The position numbers were made by a program, and so were the translations under genes. From Acidimicrobiales bacterium (GTDB lineage Bacteria > Actinomycetota > Acidimicrobiia > Acidimicrobiales > Aldehydirespiratoraceae), in the NCBI GenBank assembly GCA_965116965.1, contig OZ220743.1, positions 303,262 to 367,261 on the forward strand: DNA of 64,000 bases, written 5' to 3'. This document shows, piece after piece, positions 9,801-16,312 of the stretch; the stretch's first letter is position 1; each line of letters opens with the position of its first letter. The notes below the pieces were generated by a model. It had not been told where the DNA came from, searched no databases, and saw only the letters and a program-made list of their open reading frames with translations.

Positions 9801-10569
9801 CCTGCTGGTCGGTTCGGTCAAGACCAACATCGGCCATCTCGAGTGCGCGTCGGCCGTGGCCGGCCTCATCAAGACGGTGCTGGCCATGAACCGGGGCACG
9901 ATCCCCAGGCATCTGCACCTGACCGAACCCAGCACCCAGATCGACTGGGAGCGGCTGCCGGTACGGGTCACCACAGAGGCGACCGGCTGGCCAACGCCTG
10001 ATGGCCGGCCGAAGCTGGCCGCGGTGAACTCCTTCGCTATCTCAGGGGCCAATGCGCATCTGGTTCTGGAGGGACACGAGGGGTCCAGCGAAGCCCCCCG
10101 CCCGGGACCGCCCGGCGAGGCACAGCCGGCGCGCCGGAGACGGCTCCTGCCGCTCTCGGCGCAGTCCGATGAAGCGCTGATCGAGCTGGCCGGCCGCTAC
10201 CTCTCATGGCTCGACGAGCACGCCGACCAGCTCTCTGCCGGCCCGGCCGGAGAGCTGCTGGCCGACATGGCATGGACCGCCAGCGTGGGACGCAGTCACT
10301 TCCCGTGCCGGGCCGCGGTGCTGTTCAGCGACACCGCGACCCTGCGCGAAGGCTTGCAGGCCGTGACCGCCCCGGACGGGCACCAGGCGGCGGGAACATC
10401 AGCGTCCGCCGATGGCGCCGACACAGTCGAAGCCGCGGCAGCCACCTACGAGGCGGGCGATGACGTGTCCTTCCGAGAGCTGTTCGAGGGCGAGATCCGA
10501 TCCCGGATCTCGCTGCCGGGCTACCCGTTTCAGCGCCGCCGCTACTGGGTAGACCCGGTGCAGCCCTAG
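853..10569 (+). CDS. type I polyketide synthase, KS-AT-DH-cMT-ER-KR-ACP-KS (3238 aa)
   Basis: Motifs read directly: DTACSSSL / HGTGT / GHLESAAG (KS1); GHSLGE (AT); HRVYGRVITP (DH); VEVGAGTGS (SAM methyltransferase); LIHAGAGGVGLAA (ER); YLVTGGLGGIG (KR); LGMDSLMAVE (ACP); DLACASSL / HGPGSPFGD / GHLECAS (KS2). An alternative TTG start lies at 892. Confidence 0.95.
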   Translation: MWPSCASSWSRSALPDSPRHTGGPPGSPIAVVGMACRFPGAPDVPAFWRLLDEGASAITEGEPGSGVGRVGELFPEAATQNSACRFGAFIDGIDQFDAAFFRISPVEAQLLDPQQRLMLEVSWQALEDAGIDPDGLKGSRTGVYAGISNNEYRALVLDGNDTAEPAASLYSVAGTSFNTAIGRVAFALGLRGPAMAVDTACSSSLAAVHQAVSGLQRGEADLALAGGVHAILSGRLFELRGNAGMLAPDGRCKTFDAAANGYVRGEGCGILVLKRLSDAEADGDRIWGVIRGTALNQDGASQGLTVPNGEAQQQVIADALAWAGVEAADVDYVETHGTGTPVGDPIEAEATGMAYRAGRDRPLLIGSVKTNLGHLESAAGAASLIKVMLAMKRGVIPSHLNFRDPNPEIPWERLPLQVTAEPMGWPHHGDRRPLAGVSGFGWSGTNAHVVVEGYGTPVVAVDGDDPQRWLRGPARSVAIDAPAGVDDAAPAPEARPARLLPVSAKTGDALREMAARYAAWLEDRSDDPSGDTEADRLLSDAAWTAGVGRSHFARRAGVVFSDGESLKAGLRVLAEGDEPPRRTATRIAFAYTGQASQWTGMGRALYDSEPVFRAVLDRCDQALRAERGVSMLDVMFGSDTEATDLDDPAWTQPCIYAIECALTSLWSSVGVQPDVVVGHSLGEIAAAHAAGAFSLEDGLRFAASRGALMGGLPEDGAMAAVFATPERVAAAVEELNASTGGSPASVAADNGMHQVISGPAAKVESLLEGFESEKVWVRRLRKSPAYHSALVEPALDDLEAVVDGIETEAPSVTYVSSMTGQALEAGEALDGRYWRRQARAPVAFRTCVETLAAMGVDTVIEIGPDTVLGPTVATAWPQQPVTAEPAIASSMRKPSAGKPDPPDGSGFLDAVAAAYGAGVDVSFKGLFATESRSRVPLPGYPFQHQRHWVEPPRRRRQSAGDPLLGTRHDSPRGETLYTTEMFSSDPAWLDDHRVYGRVITPGALYGSMAAAACGPPGDPWSLIVEDLQLHSPMIFDEDDPQDPTEAAGRSVQFVLDRSDAAAPRRFEVFSRSDGEDGWTLHAQGQVSSGTSPSLGSEPLALEQLGADLTTVDLAEFYRARADAGVDLGESFRTLHSLSVGDGEALGEVALPDGADGGGAVMHPLLLDGCFQVMAAARRTSGAEDGSPYLPFGWERLWLDGPLPDRLLCHARLREPRGETDGEPAGPREVIAADLRFYTLDGTGLGGLDSYTVKRATRAALLSASEGLDDLLYEVVWRDRPLLDGVVPADFLPSPAAVAARSSPFAAYLEAAAVDTASRASLLTDLERLSWRYALQALERLGWQHTEGTEIEPDSLRQQLGVLPEHSRVFRRLFELLARAGVVEATGDGFVVTAGPEDSLPAALPADTEEFAAQMADRYEHGSTEIGLFRRSAGALAEVLTGDADPLTLLFSSGEPTAADLYLKAPVARAANQMLADAVTALLEQLPEDRRLRVVEVGAGTGSATAAVLPELPEGRFDYTYTDISAGFFAEAEGRFGGREACIEYRVLDIEKDPATQGFDYHSYDLLIASNVLHATRYLSETLEHCRNLLAPSGHLVALENLRGQGWLDLTFGQLDGWWRFADPCRPHHALAGPAVWRQALADAGFSGTEVLGADESDPDQEPDRGVILAQGPAQVTERPGVWVLAADQTGVAGELATRLAARNQTVVLAADETESRHAVRPSDGVSLAVIDMEQRSDWLALFESLPPDVPLSGVGHFAALDNRGAQAATAELATDVKRATATALALMQGLADADLAVAKGVWFVTRGGQVLEHERVDGLAGSALWGFGKVAAREATHLQPRMIDLDPAENMPWPDLSEEFLYPDPETHVAYRTGHRQTARLVRTSTGAERLSLPEPAGQSAWLLEPDPQGALERLEVEAAPARSLSSGEVRVAVLATGLNFWDMFRSLGVIDEGLLGGEFCGRVLEVGPGVTTVQEGDRVVGLAFGTFSSEAVTCEEMVAPAPADLPAAALATMPTAFVSAALSFDCSGLDSGEKVLIHAGAGGVGLAAIQLAQAAGAEVFATASAPKQAYLRSLGVRHVFDSRSTKFSEQILEATGGTGVDVVLNSLTGPGFIDASLACLTRGGRFVELARVDILSHDKMSEARPDVGYWILELDVLKEHDPDQPGSALRQVMRQLAAGELKPLVHTRWSLAEAGPAMKYMRAARHIGKIVFAASPLETGRLRSDRTYLVTGGLGGIGCTMAEWLADRGAGAIVLNGRRDPDPEAAAVIAGLRERGATVSVELADMTDAAAVDAMLARIADTLPPLGGVIHSVGVLSDASIPNQSWDRFEQVLWPKVLGAWQLHRATADLDLDLFVLFSSVAGVMGNPGQANHAAANAFLDVLAAHRRSRGLAGQSIAWGAWSGLGEAEEHRERIAGQLEAAGTGWITPQQGLRAFDRLVRQDPAAPMVAAVDWQVVSEGDQHRSPFVEDLLAAAGRSGAHQETQADLLSELGQSPVAGHEQILVEFLRRELQAVMRLPNLPAPSAEFADLGMDSLMAVEFRNRVNRGFAGTYSAGNTVVFDYPSVRSLAAHLASELAELGTIEAPDTGDDGRFAIQAPTDPGPADTSRPERPAQPERPSRPEQADRSDPVPAAATVQDRPARVAPPKVTGNQGIAIVGMACRFPGAPDLDGFWRLVEAGENAVTDGRRDPGPWNGASGDPDNPDRGNRIGAFVEGIDRFDAGFFRIRPIEARTMDPQQRMLLETTWQALEDAGIDPTGLKGSRTGVYAGIGGSSEYRRVIAAAGRGDSYFGTTSSVAVGRIAFTLGLAGPAVPFDLACASSLVAIHHAVTALQQDEVDMALAGGANAVLSPSIAKFLEETGMLSASGQCRTFDAGADGYVRGEGCGMVVLKRLDDAIAAGNRIWGVVRGTAVNQNATGLGLTQPNGPAQMQAMEQALERAAVTPAEVDYLEAHGPGSPFGDAVEMNAAANVYGRGRDPGEPLLVGSVKTNIGHLECASAVAGLIKTVLAMNRGTIPRHLHLTEPSTQIDWERLPVRVTTEATGWPTPDGRPKLAAVNSFAISGANAHLVLEGHEGSSEAPRPGPPGEAQPARRRRLLPLSAQSDEALIELAGRYLSWLDEHADQLSAGPAGELLADMAWTASVGRSHFPCRAAVLFSDTATLREGLQAVTAPDGHQAAGTSASADGADTVEAAAATYEAGDDVSFRELFEGEIRSRISLPGYPFQRRRYWVDPVQP
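934..2210 (+). other. PKS domain KS1 (Cys codon 1453-1455)
   Basis: Runs from IAVVGMACRFPG to GTNAHVVVE. The Cys-His-His triad motifs are present. Confidence 0.9.
2611..3480 (+). other. PKS domain AT
   Basis: FAYTGQASQW and GHSLGE motifs, followed by the post-AT linker LPGYPFQHQRHW at about 3660-3700. Confidence 0.85.
3733..4630 (+). other. PKS domain DH
   Basis: N-terminal PLLG, then LDDHRVYGRVITPGALY (HxxxGxxxxP). Confidence 0.8.
5085..5810 (+). other. PKS domain C-methyltransferase
   Basis: Class I SAM-binding motif LRVVEVGAGTGSATAAVL, with ASNVLHAT downstream. Confidence 0.8.
6595..7495 (+). other. PKS domain ER
   Basis: MDR-type fold with the NADPH motif VLIHAGAGGVGLAAIQLAQ. Confidence 0.85.
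7534..8080 (+). other. PKS domain KR (catalytic Tyr position reads His, codon 7972-7974)
   Basis: TYLVTGGLGGIGC Rossmann motif. The SSVAGVMGNPGQANHAAANAFLD segment has H where KRs normally show NYAAAN. Confidence 0.8.
8335..8585 (+). other. PKS domain ACP (Ser codon 8458-8460)
   Basis: FADLGMDSLMAVEFRN motif, followed by a Pro/Arg/Glu-rich low-complexity linker at about 8650-8800. Confidence 0.85.
8815..10073 (+). other. PKS domain KS2 (Cys codon 9310-9312), followed by an AT-less linker to 10566
   Basis: Runs from IAIVGMACRFPGAPD to GANAHLVLE. The tail contains KS-AT linker and post-AT linker motifs but no AT core. Confidence 0.85.
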
Positions 10570-10578
10570 CTCCCGGCT

Positions 10579-10704
10579 TCAGTCCTTGTCGAAATTGCCG
10601 TCCTTGTCGAAATTGCCGTCCTTGTCGAAATTGCCGTCTTTGTCAGGGTTGCCGTCGTCGACCCGGTGACCTAGATTTCGCGGGTCCCTCACACCCAAAT
10701 CCAT
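10579..10704 (-). CDS. candidate 41-aa small ORF MDLGVRDPRNLGHRVDDGNPDKDGNFDKDGNFDKDGNFDKD
   Basis: Hand-translated and below the ORF-track cutoff. It has an ATG at 10704-10702 and a TGA at 10581-10579. The 18-bp repeat encodes three DKDGNF units. No clear RBS, and third-position GC is only moderate. Confidence 0.3.
   Translation of the reverse strand: MDLGVRDPRNLGHRVDDGNPDKDGNFDKDGNFDKDGNFDKD
10583..10654. repeat. 18-bp tandem repeat, 3 perfect copies plus 1 degenerate copy (tccttgtcgaaattgccg)
   Basis: Perfect copies at 10583-10600, 10601-10618 and 10619-10636. A 13/18 copy sits at 10637-10654. The array begins 14 nt after the PKS stop. Confidence 0.95.
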
Positions 10705-10722
10705 GCAAAGGACACCCCAACC

Positions 10723-10962
10723 ATGTCATCCACCGAAGAACGGATTCGAGCACTTGTGGACGCGAACCTCCAGATCGAGGGCCGCGCCGCAGGCTCGCCG
10801 CTGACCCCGGATCTCAACATCGTCGACGCAGGAGTCAGCTCCACGGATGTGGTGGCGTTCTGGAGGCTCGTGTGCGAGGAGTTCGGCGTCGACATCCCGG
10901 CCGAAGAGTTCGCTGAGCTCTTGACGCCGAGCGACTTGATCGCGTATCTGGACGCCCAGTAG
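10723..10962 (+). CDS. discrete acyl/peptidyl carrier protein (79 aa)
   Basis: Four-helix carrier-protein pattern with an IVDAGVSSTDVVAFW phosphopantetheine-site-like Ser. AAGGA lies about 13 nt upstream of the ATG. Confidence 0.8.
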   Translation: MSSTEERIRALVDANLQIEGRAAGSPLTPDLNIVDAGVSSTDVVAFWRLVCEEFGVDIPAEEFAELLTPSDLIAYLDAQ

Positions 10963-11175
10963 GGCTGACACGGAGGTCTCCTGACTCCTCTCCCGTCCGG
11001 GAAGCTCCTCACGCCGGTTCCCCCGGCAGTTGAGGGGTCAGAGCATTGGTGCAGCCCGCACCGCGCCCTCGATGGCGTTCGGGTACTGCACGTAGACCTG
11101 TCGACCGGCGATGGGCGCGAGCAACGCGCCCTGCGATGGCTCGACGGCACCGAGCAGCGCCGGCGAGAACGGTTC

Positions 11176-11733
11176 GTGTACGACGCGCCCCGGCACCGGT
11201 TCACGCTGTGCCGGGCTGCACTCCGATCCGTGCTGTGCCACCAACTCGGCTGCAGCAACGAGCATCTCGCCTTCGGGACCTCAGAACACGGCAAACCGTA
11301 CGCCATCGTGCGCGGGCGGCGCGCTGCAGTCAGCTTCAACGTGAGCCACAGTGGCGTCCACGGGCTGATCGCCCTGGCACCCGGGGGGCGGGTCGGGATC
11401 GATGTCGAGGAGCGGGTTCCCCACCGGAACCTCGACGAGTTGATCGAGGCGGTGTTCGGCCCCAACGAGAAGCATGAGTTGGCCGCCGCGAACAACCACG
11501 ATCGGCTCGACCTGTTCTTCAGGCTCTGGACGATGAAGGAAGCACTGAGCAAGGCCCACGGAATGGGCCTGTCGTTGGACGTATCCCGCTTCGAGATCCC
11601 GCCGGACATGCGGGCCGGCGCAACCAGCGGCTTCGTCCGGTTCGCCGGCATGCCCGGAGCGGGATGGCGACTCGAGGACATCAGCACCGACCGCTTCGCG
11701 GCCGCGGTCGCCTACGAAGGCGACGGTCGATGA
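11176..11733 (+). CDS. Sfp-type 4'-phosphopantetheinyl transferase
   Basis: GKPY, GIDVEE and FFRLWTMKEALSKAHG (W/FxxKEA) motifs. In-frame family-like sequence continues upstream to about 11077 without an ATG, GTG or TTG (see findings). Confidence 0.85.
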   Translation: MYDAPRHRFTLCRAALRSVLCHQLGCSNEHLAFGTSEHGKPYAIVRGRRAAVSFNVSHSGVHGLIALAPGGRVGIDVEERVPHRNLDELIEAVFGPNEKHELAAANNHDRLDLFFRLWTMKEALSKAHGMGLSLDVSRFEIPPDMRAGATSGFVRFAGMPGAGWRLEDISTDRFAAAVAYEGDGR

Positions 11734-12656
11734 CCGCCGCCCCTCCCCTGAGAGAGGTCACCGGCGCCGAGATCGAGGCGTTCCACCGCGACGGAGCGGT
11801 GCTGCTCGAAGGCGTGCTGGCCCCCGAGTGGGTGGACTTGGTCGCCGACGGCCTGGAGGAGTGCTTCGCCGAGCGCGACCACATGTCCAGCGAGGTGGTC
11901 GCCCAGGGGGCGACCGTGCGGGCCGACCAGCTGCTGGCCGCCCGATCCGCCAGCCTCCACCGGTTCGCCAACGACTCGCCCGTCGGCGGACTCGTGGGCT
12001 CGGTGCTCAGCGCTCCGGTGCGCTTCTACATGGACCAGATGTTCTTCCGGAGGGCAGGGTTCATGGCCCCGACCCCGTGGCACCAGGACACCAGCTATCA
12101 CAACGTGGAGGGCCACCACCTGGTGCGGGCCTGGGCATCACCGGACCGGGTGCCTCGCCCGGCCAGCCTCGAAGTGGTCCGCGGTTCGCACCGCTGGAAC
12201 GTCACCTACCGGCCGATGGTGGGCCGAGACCCCGACATGTCCGACGAGGAGAACGCTCTCCGGATGGCACTGGCCCGCAAGCGCGGCGTCTACGAGAAGG
12301 GGGGATCGGGGTTCGCCTACCGCGGCGTGGTGATGGACAAGTCGCTGCCGCCCACCCCCGACGTGCCCCGCGATCGCGGATCGTTCGACATCATGGGATG
12401 GGACTACCGACCCGGTGACGTGATCCTGTTCCACGGCAACCTCCTCCACGGAACGGCTGAGGGAGTGACCCTCGACCGCGACCGGCGGGCCTACGCCGCC
12501 CTCTACGCCGGCCCCGAGGCGCGGTACATCCAGCGAGTGGGGCAGATGGTGCCCGATCCACCGGGACTGGCGGAGCAACAGCCCCAGACGGGCCAGACCC
12601 TCGACTCCTTCGACGACGTGTTCCCGCTGGTGTGGTCGCCGGGAGACTGGAACTGA
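11730..12656 (+). CDS. PhyH-family Fe(II)/2-oxoglutarate dioxygenase
   Basis: The ATG at 11730 forms an ATGA overlap with the PPTase stop. PWHQDTSYH (HxD) and the distal FHGNLLHG motif are present. Confidence 0.8.
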   Translation: MTAAPPLREVTGAEIEAFHRDGAVLLEGVLAPEWVDLVADGLEECFAERDHMSSEVVAQGATVRADQLLAARSASLHRFANDSPVGGLVGSVLSAPVRFYMDQMFFRRAGFMAPTPWHQDTSYHNVEGHHLVRAWASPDRVPRPASLEVVRGSHRWNVTYRPMVGRDPDMSDEENALRMALARKRGVYEKGGSGFAYRGVVMDKSLPPTPDVPRDRGSFDIMGWDYRPGDVILFHGNLLHGTAEGVTLDRDRRAYAALYAGPEARYIQRVGQMVPDPPGLAEQQPQTGQTLDSFDDVFPLVWSPGDWN

Positions 12657-12716
12657 TTCGCCCGACCAACAGGCGCTCGATGGGCGCGCCGGGGGCAGCT
12701 TGGCTAGGAGCGAGCT

Positions 12717-12842
12717 CGGACAGGTCAGAGCACGTGGCGTCGCAGCGGGGTCATTACCGCTCTTGTTCGCTGCGCTCACGGGCCGCTCGGGCCACGGCCT
12801 AGCCCGTATGAGGCGGATTCGCTCGCCTTTTCGCTCGGCCTC
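12717..12842 (+). repeat. dispersed intergenic repeat, copy A (core ccgctcttgttcgctgcgctcacgggccgctcgggcc)
   Basis: Near-identical core to the copy at 31224-31287, and reverse complement of the tandem units at 33442-33613 and 44442-44527. Confidence 0.85.
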
Positions 12843-12850
12843 TATCCGCA

Positions 12851-13517
12851 AGCCCCGTCCCCGACTACGGCGCGACTCCGGCGTCGGTGAGGGGCCTGCG
12901 GGTCGGGGTGACCGACGGATGGCTCCCCGAGGTCTCATCGCCGGGGGTGGACGCGGCCCTTTCCGGCGCGCTGGAGAGCCTGGAGGACCTCGGCTGCGCG
13001 GTCGAGCCGGTCCCATTCCCCCACGCCGAGCTCGCTGGCATCATCGCCTGGGTCATCACCGTGGTGGAGTTCGCCGCGCACCATGTCGGCAGCCTTCACC
13101 GCGCACCATGTCGGCAGCCTTCACCGCATCGGCGAGTTCACCCCGTCCGCGGCATGCCGGCTGGCGGCCGGGGCCCGAACCAGCGCCGCCGACTACCTGA
13201 GGGCGCTGCGGGCCCGCAGCCTGGTCCAGCGCGACCTTGATACAGCCTTCGAGCGGGTGGACGTCCTGGTCACCGCAGCCACGCCCACGTCGGCGCCCGA
13301 TCCAGCCACCTTCTTCGACGACGGCGACCGGCTCCGGCTCGACAGAGTGGCCCGCAACTTCCCGCCGTTCAACGTCACCGGCCATCCCGCGCTAGTAGTG
13401 CCGGCCGGGCTGGACGGGGACCGACCGGCCGCAGTCCAGATCGTCGCCCCGCACCACCACGACGCCCTGTGCCTACAGGTCGGCGCAGCCCTGCAGACAG
13501 CAACTCAGTCTTGGTGA
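12851..13517 (+). pseudogene. amidase-signature family remnant (C-terminal ~210 aa only, frameshifted)
   Basis: PVPDYGATPASVRGLRVGV...PFNVTGHPALVVPAG matches amidase C-terminal halves. The N-terminal catalytic half is absent. The reading frame is broken by the 25-bp duplication at 13076-13125. Confidence 0.7.
13076..13125. repeat. perfect 25-bp tandem duplication (gcgcaccatgtcggcagccttcacc x2)
   Basis: 13076-13100 equals 13101-13125. Removing one copy restores the continuous reading VVEFAAHHVGSLHRIGEFTPSAA. Confidence 0.95.
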
Positions 13518-13609
13518 GTCTGAAATATATTTCCATCACCTATATTGCATTACAAGCCAGATTAGTATCGTATGAGCGATGTTCGCATCCGGGTAGGAAG
13601 GGTTGACAC

Positions 13610-13810
13610 ATGACAGCAGCAGACGCATCCTTGCCAGCCGTACCGGCGGACACCCTGGCCACAACCAAAGACTTGCAGGTTCTCAGGTCGGATCTGACGG
13701 CCGTAATACACAAGGAGATCGCGGAGCTGACCAAGACGATGATGAGGGTGGCGTTGATGATGGTGGCCGCGTTCGCGGGGGCGCTGGTCACCGTCGCCCT
13801 CGTCGTCTAG
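13610..13810 (+). CDS. small tail-anchored coiled-coil membrane protein (66 aa)
   Basis: AGGAAGGG RBS 8 nt upstream. TKDLQVLRSDLTAVIHKEIAELTK is followed by a C-terminal TM helix MMRVALMMVAAFAGALVTVALVV. From memory this resembles the C-terminal part of DUF1640-type proteins. Confidence 0.55.
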   Translation: MTAADASLPAVPADTLATTKDLQVLRSDLTAVIHKEIAELTKTMMRVALMMVAAFAGALVTVALVV

Positions 13811-13931
13811 GACGGGCTCCCTCCCACCCGCGAGGCTGCCTCTCCCGATACGAAGCAGTCCGAGCCAGGCAACTAGGTTCAGCGCGAATGAGTCACTCCC
13901 GCACGCGCTCGGACCTCGGGGAGGGAACGCC

Positions 13932-15334
13932 GTGACTGTGCTGACCGACGAACTGCCGGCCAGCTTCGACGATTCGGTGGGGCCGGTGGACGAGGCCCGG
14001 CTGCTGCCACCGGTGCTGTACACGTCGGCGGAGTTCTACGAGTTCGAGCGGCGGGCCGTCTTCCAGCGGGAGTGGCTCTGCGTGGGCCGGGTCGACCAGT
14101 TGAAGGAGCCGGGCGACTTCCGCTGCATCACCATCGCGGGCGAGCCCCTCATCGCGGCCCGGGACGCCGGTGGTGAACTCAGGGTCATGTCGGCCGTGTG
14201 CCGCCACCGGGGGATGGTCATCGCGGAGGGCTCCGGCAACTGTCGCCGCTTCACCTGCCCGTACCACCATTGGAGCTACGGGCTCGACGGTGCGCTGCTC
14301 GGCACGCCGGCCATGGAGCGCGCCGTGGACTTCGACCACAGCGATCACAACCTGCCCGAGTTGAAGGTGGAGATCTGGCAAGGATTCATCATGGCCAACT
14401 TCGATCATCACGCCCCGCCCTTCGGCCCCACCCTGACCAAGATCGACGACATGCTCACCAACTACGGGCTGGAGTCGACCACCACGCTGGAGGGCAAGAC
14501 GATCCCCGACCTTCCATGGAACTGGAAGGTCATGATGGAGAACTTCAACGACCCCTACCACGCCAGCCAGCTGCACGGTCCCCTCCAGACCTTCGCGCCC
14601 AGCCACATGAACGACTTCCTGCCCTGGGACGACGCCGACGGCGCCATCGGGCGGATCCAGCACTTCACCGACATCGACAGCTCGTTCAACCCCACCCAGC
14701 GCTGCATCCTGCCCGTGTTCTCCAACCTGACCACCGAGCAGCGCAAGCGAGGCGGCTTCGTGCTGATCCCGCCCACGCTGGCGCTTGCCATCGTCCCCGA
14801 CGAGATCGCCTACTTCATCATCAGCCCGCAGGACGCCGGCCACATCACCATCCAGATCGGCTACTGCCTGGAGCCGTCGGCAAAGGACGCCTACAACAAC
14901 GCCATGGCCAGCGGCGACTTCGTGGTGAACGTCACTACCGAGGTCTTCCGTGACCGGATCGAGACCGTGGCCATGGAGGCGCCGAGCGACGTGGACGAGT
15001 ACGAGCTGGCCGGCTGGACTCCGGTGCCGGCCACCAAGGTCACATCGCCGGCCATCGGTGAGGCTCTGGCCCGCCTCGAGTGCGAGGTGCGCAAAGTGGT
15101 CGACCTCGGAACACCGGGAAGGATCTTCAGCGAGGTCCACCTAGTGATCGCCGAGGTGGTGTGGGTGGCCTACGACACCGCTATCTGCGACCCCGACGGC
15201 CGCATCGACCCGCTGAGGCTGGGACCCATCGGTCGGCTCGGTTTGCGGACCTATCTCCGCACAGTGGACGATGGCGCCTACTTTCTGGCCCGCACCCCGT
15301 GGTCGGAGTTCATCGAGAGCGACAAGGAGCTGTA

Positions 15335-15335
<1 letters not shown>
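13932..15335 (+). CDS. Rieske [2Fe-2S] non-heme-iron oxygenase alpha-like N-terminus fused to a flavin-reductase-like C-terminus
   Basis: CRHRG-x17-CPYHHW Rieske motif and NFNDPYHASQLH iron motif. From about aa 320, GDFVVNV..VDEYELAGWTPVPA..LARLECEV..HLVIAEVV..IDPLRLGPIGRLG matches flavin-reductase-domain proteins. GGGAGGG RBS before the GTG. Confidence 0.8.

Positions 15336-16308
<973 letters not shown>

Positions 16309-16312
<4 letters not shown>

Noticed and set aside
135-10052. Many long ORFs antisense to or out of frame with the PKS gene (for example 135-1274 minus, 1462-3111 minus, 4651-6003 minus, 6031-8814 minus, 957-2312 plus).
   Set aside because: These are typical shadow ORFs of a high-GC gene. 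Their translations are Arg/Pro/Gly/Ala-rich and motif-free, and they lie entirely inside a gene with unambiguous PKS motifs.
10583-10654. The 18-bp repeat as an iteron or response-regulator box array (TTGYCG sub-repeats).
   Set aside because: The TTGTCG/TTGCCG sub-motifs recur every 9 bp, not about 10.5 bp, so they do not sit on one DNA face. I also recognise no regulator consensus. It is kept only as a minor alternative in the finding.
10581-10920. The plus-strand reading of the 18-bp repeat gives a Cys-rich peptide (PCRNCRPCRNCRPCRNCRLCQGC...).
   Set aside because: That frame has no ATG, GTG or TTG upstream of the repeat after the PKS stop region. It then runs out of frame through the carrier-protein gene, so it is very unlikely to be translated.
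12700-13200. Listed ORF 12700-13200 (plus) and 12138-13016 (minus) spanning the repeat element.
   Set aside because: Their translations merely read through the repeat DNA (LLFAALTGRSGH) and the out-of-frame amidase remnant. There is no family signal.
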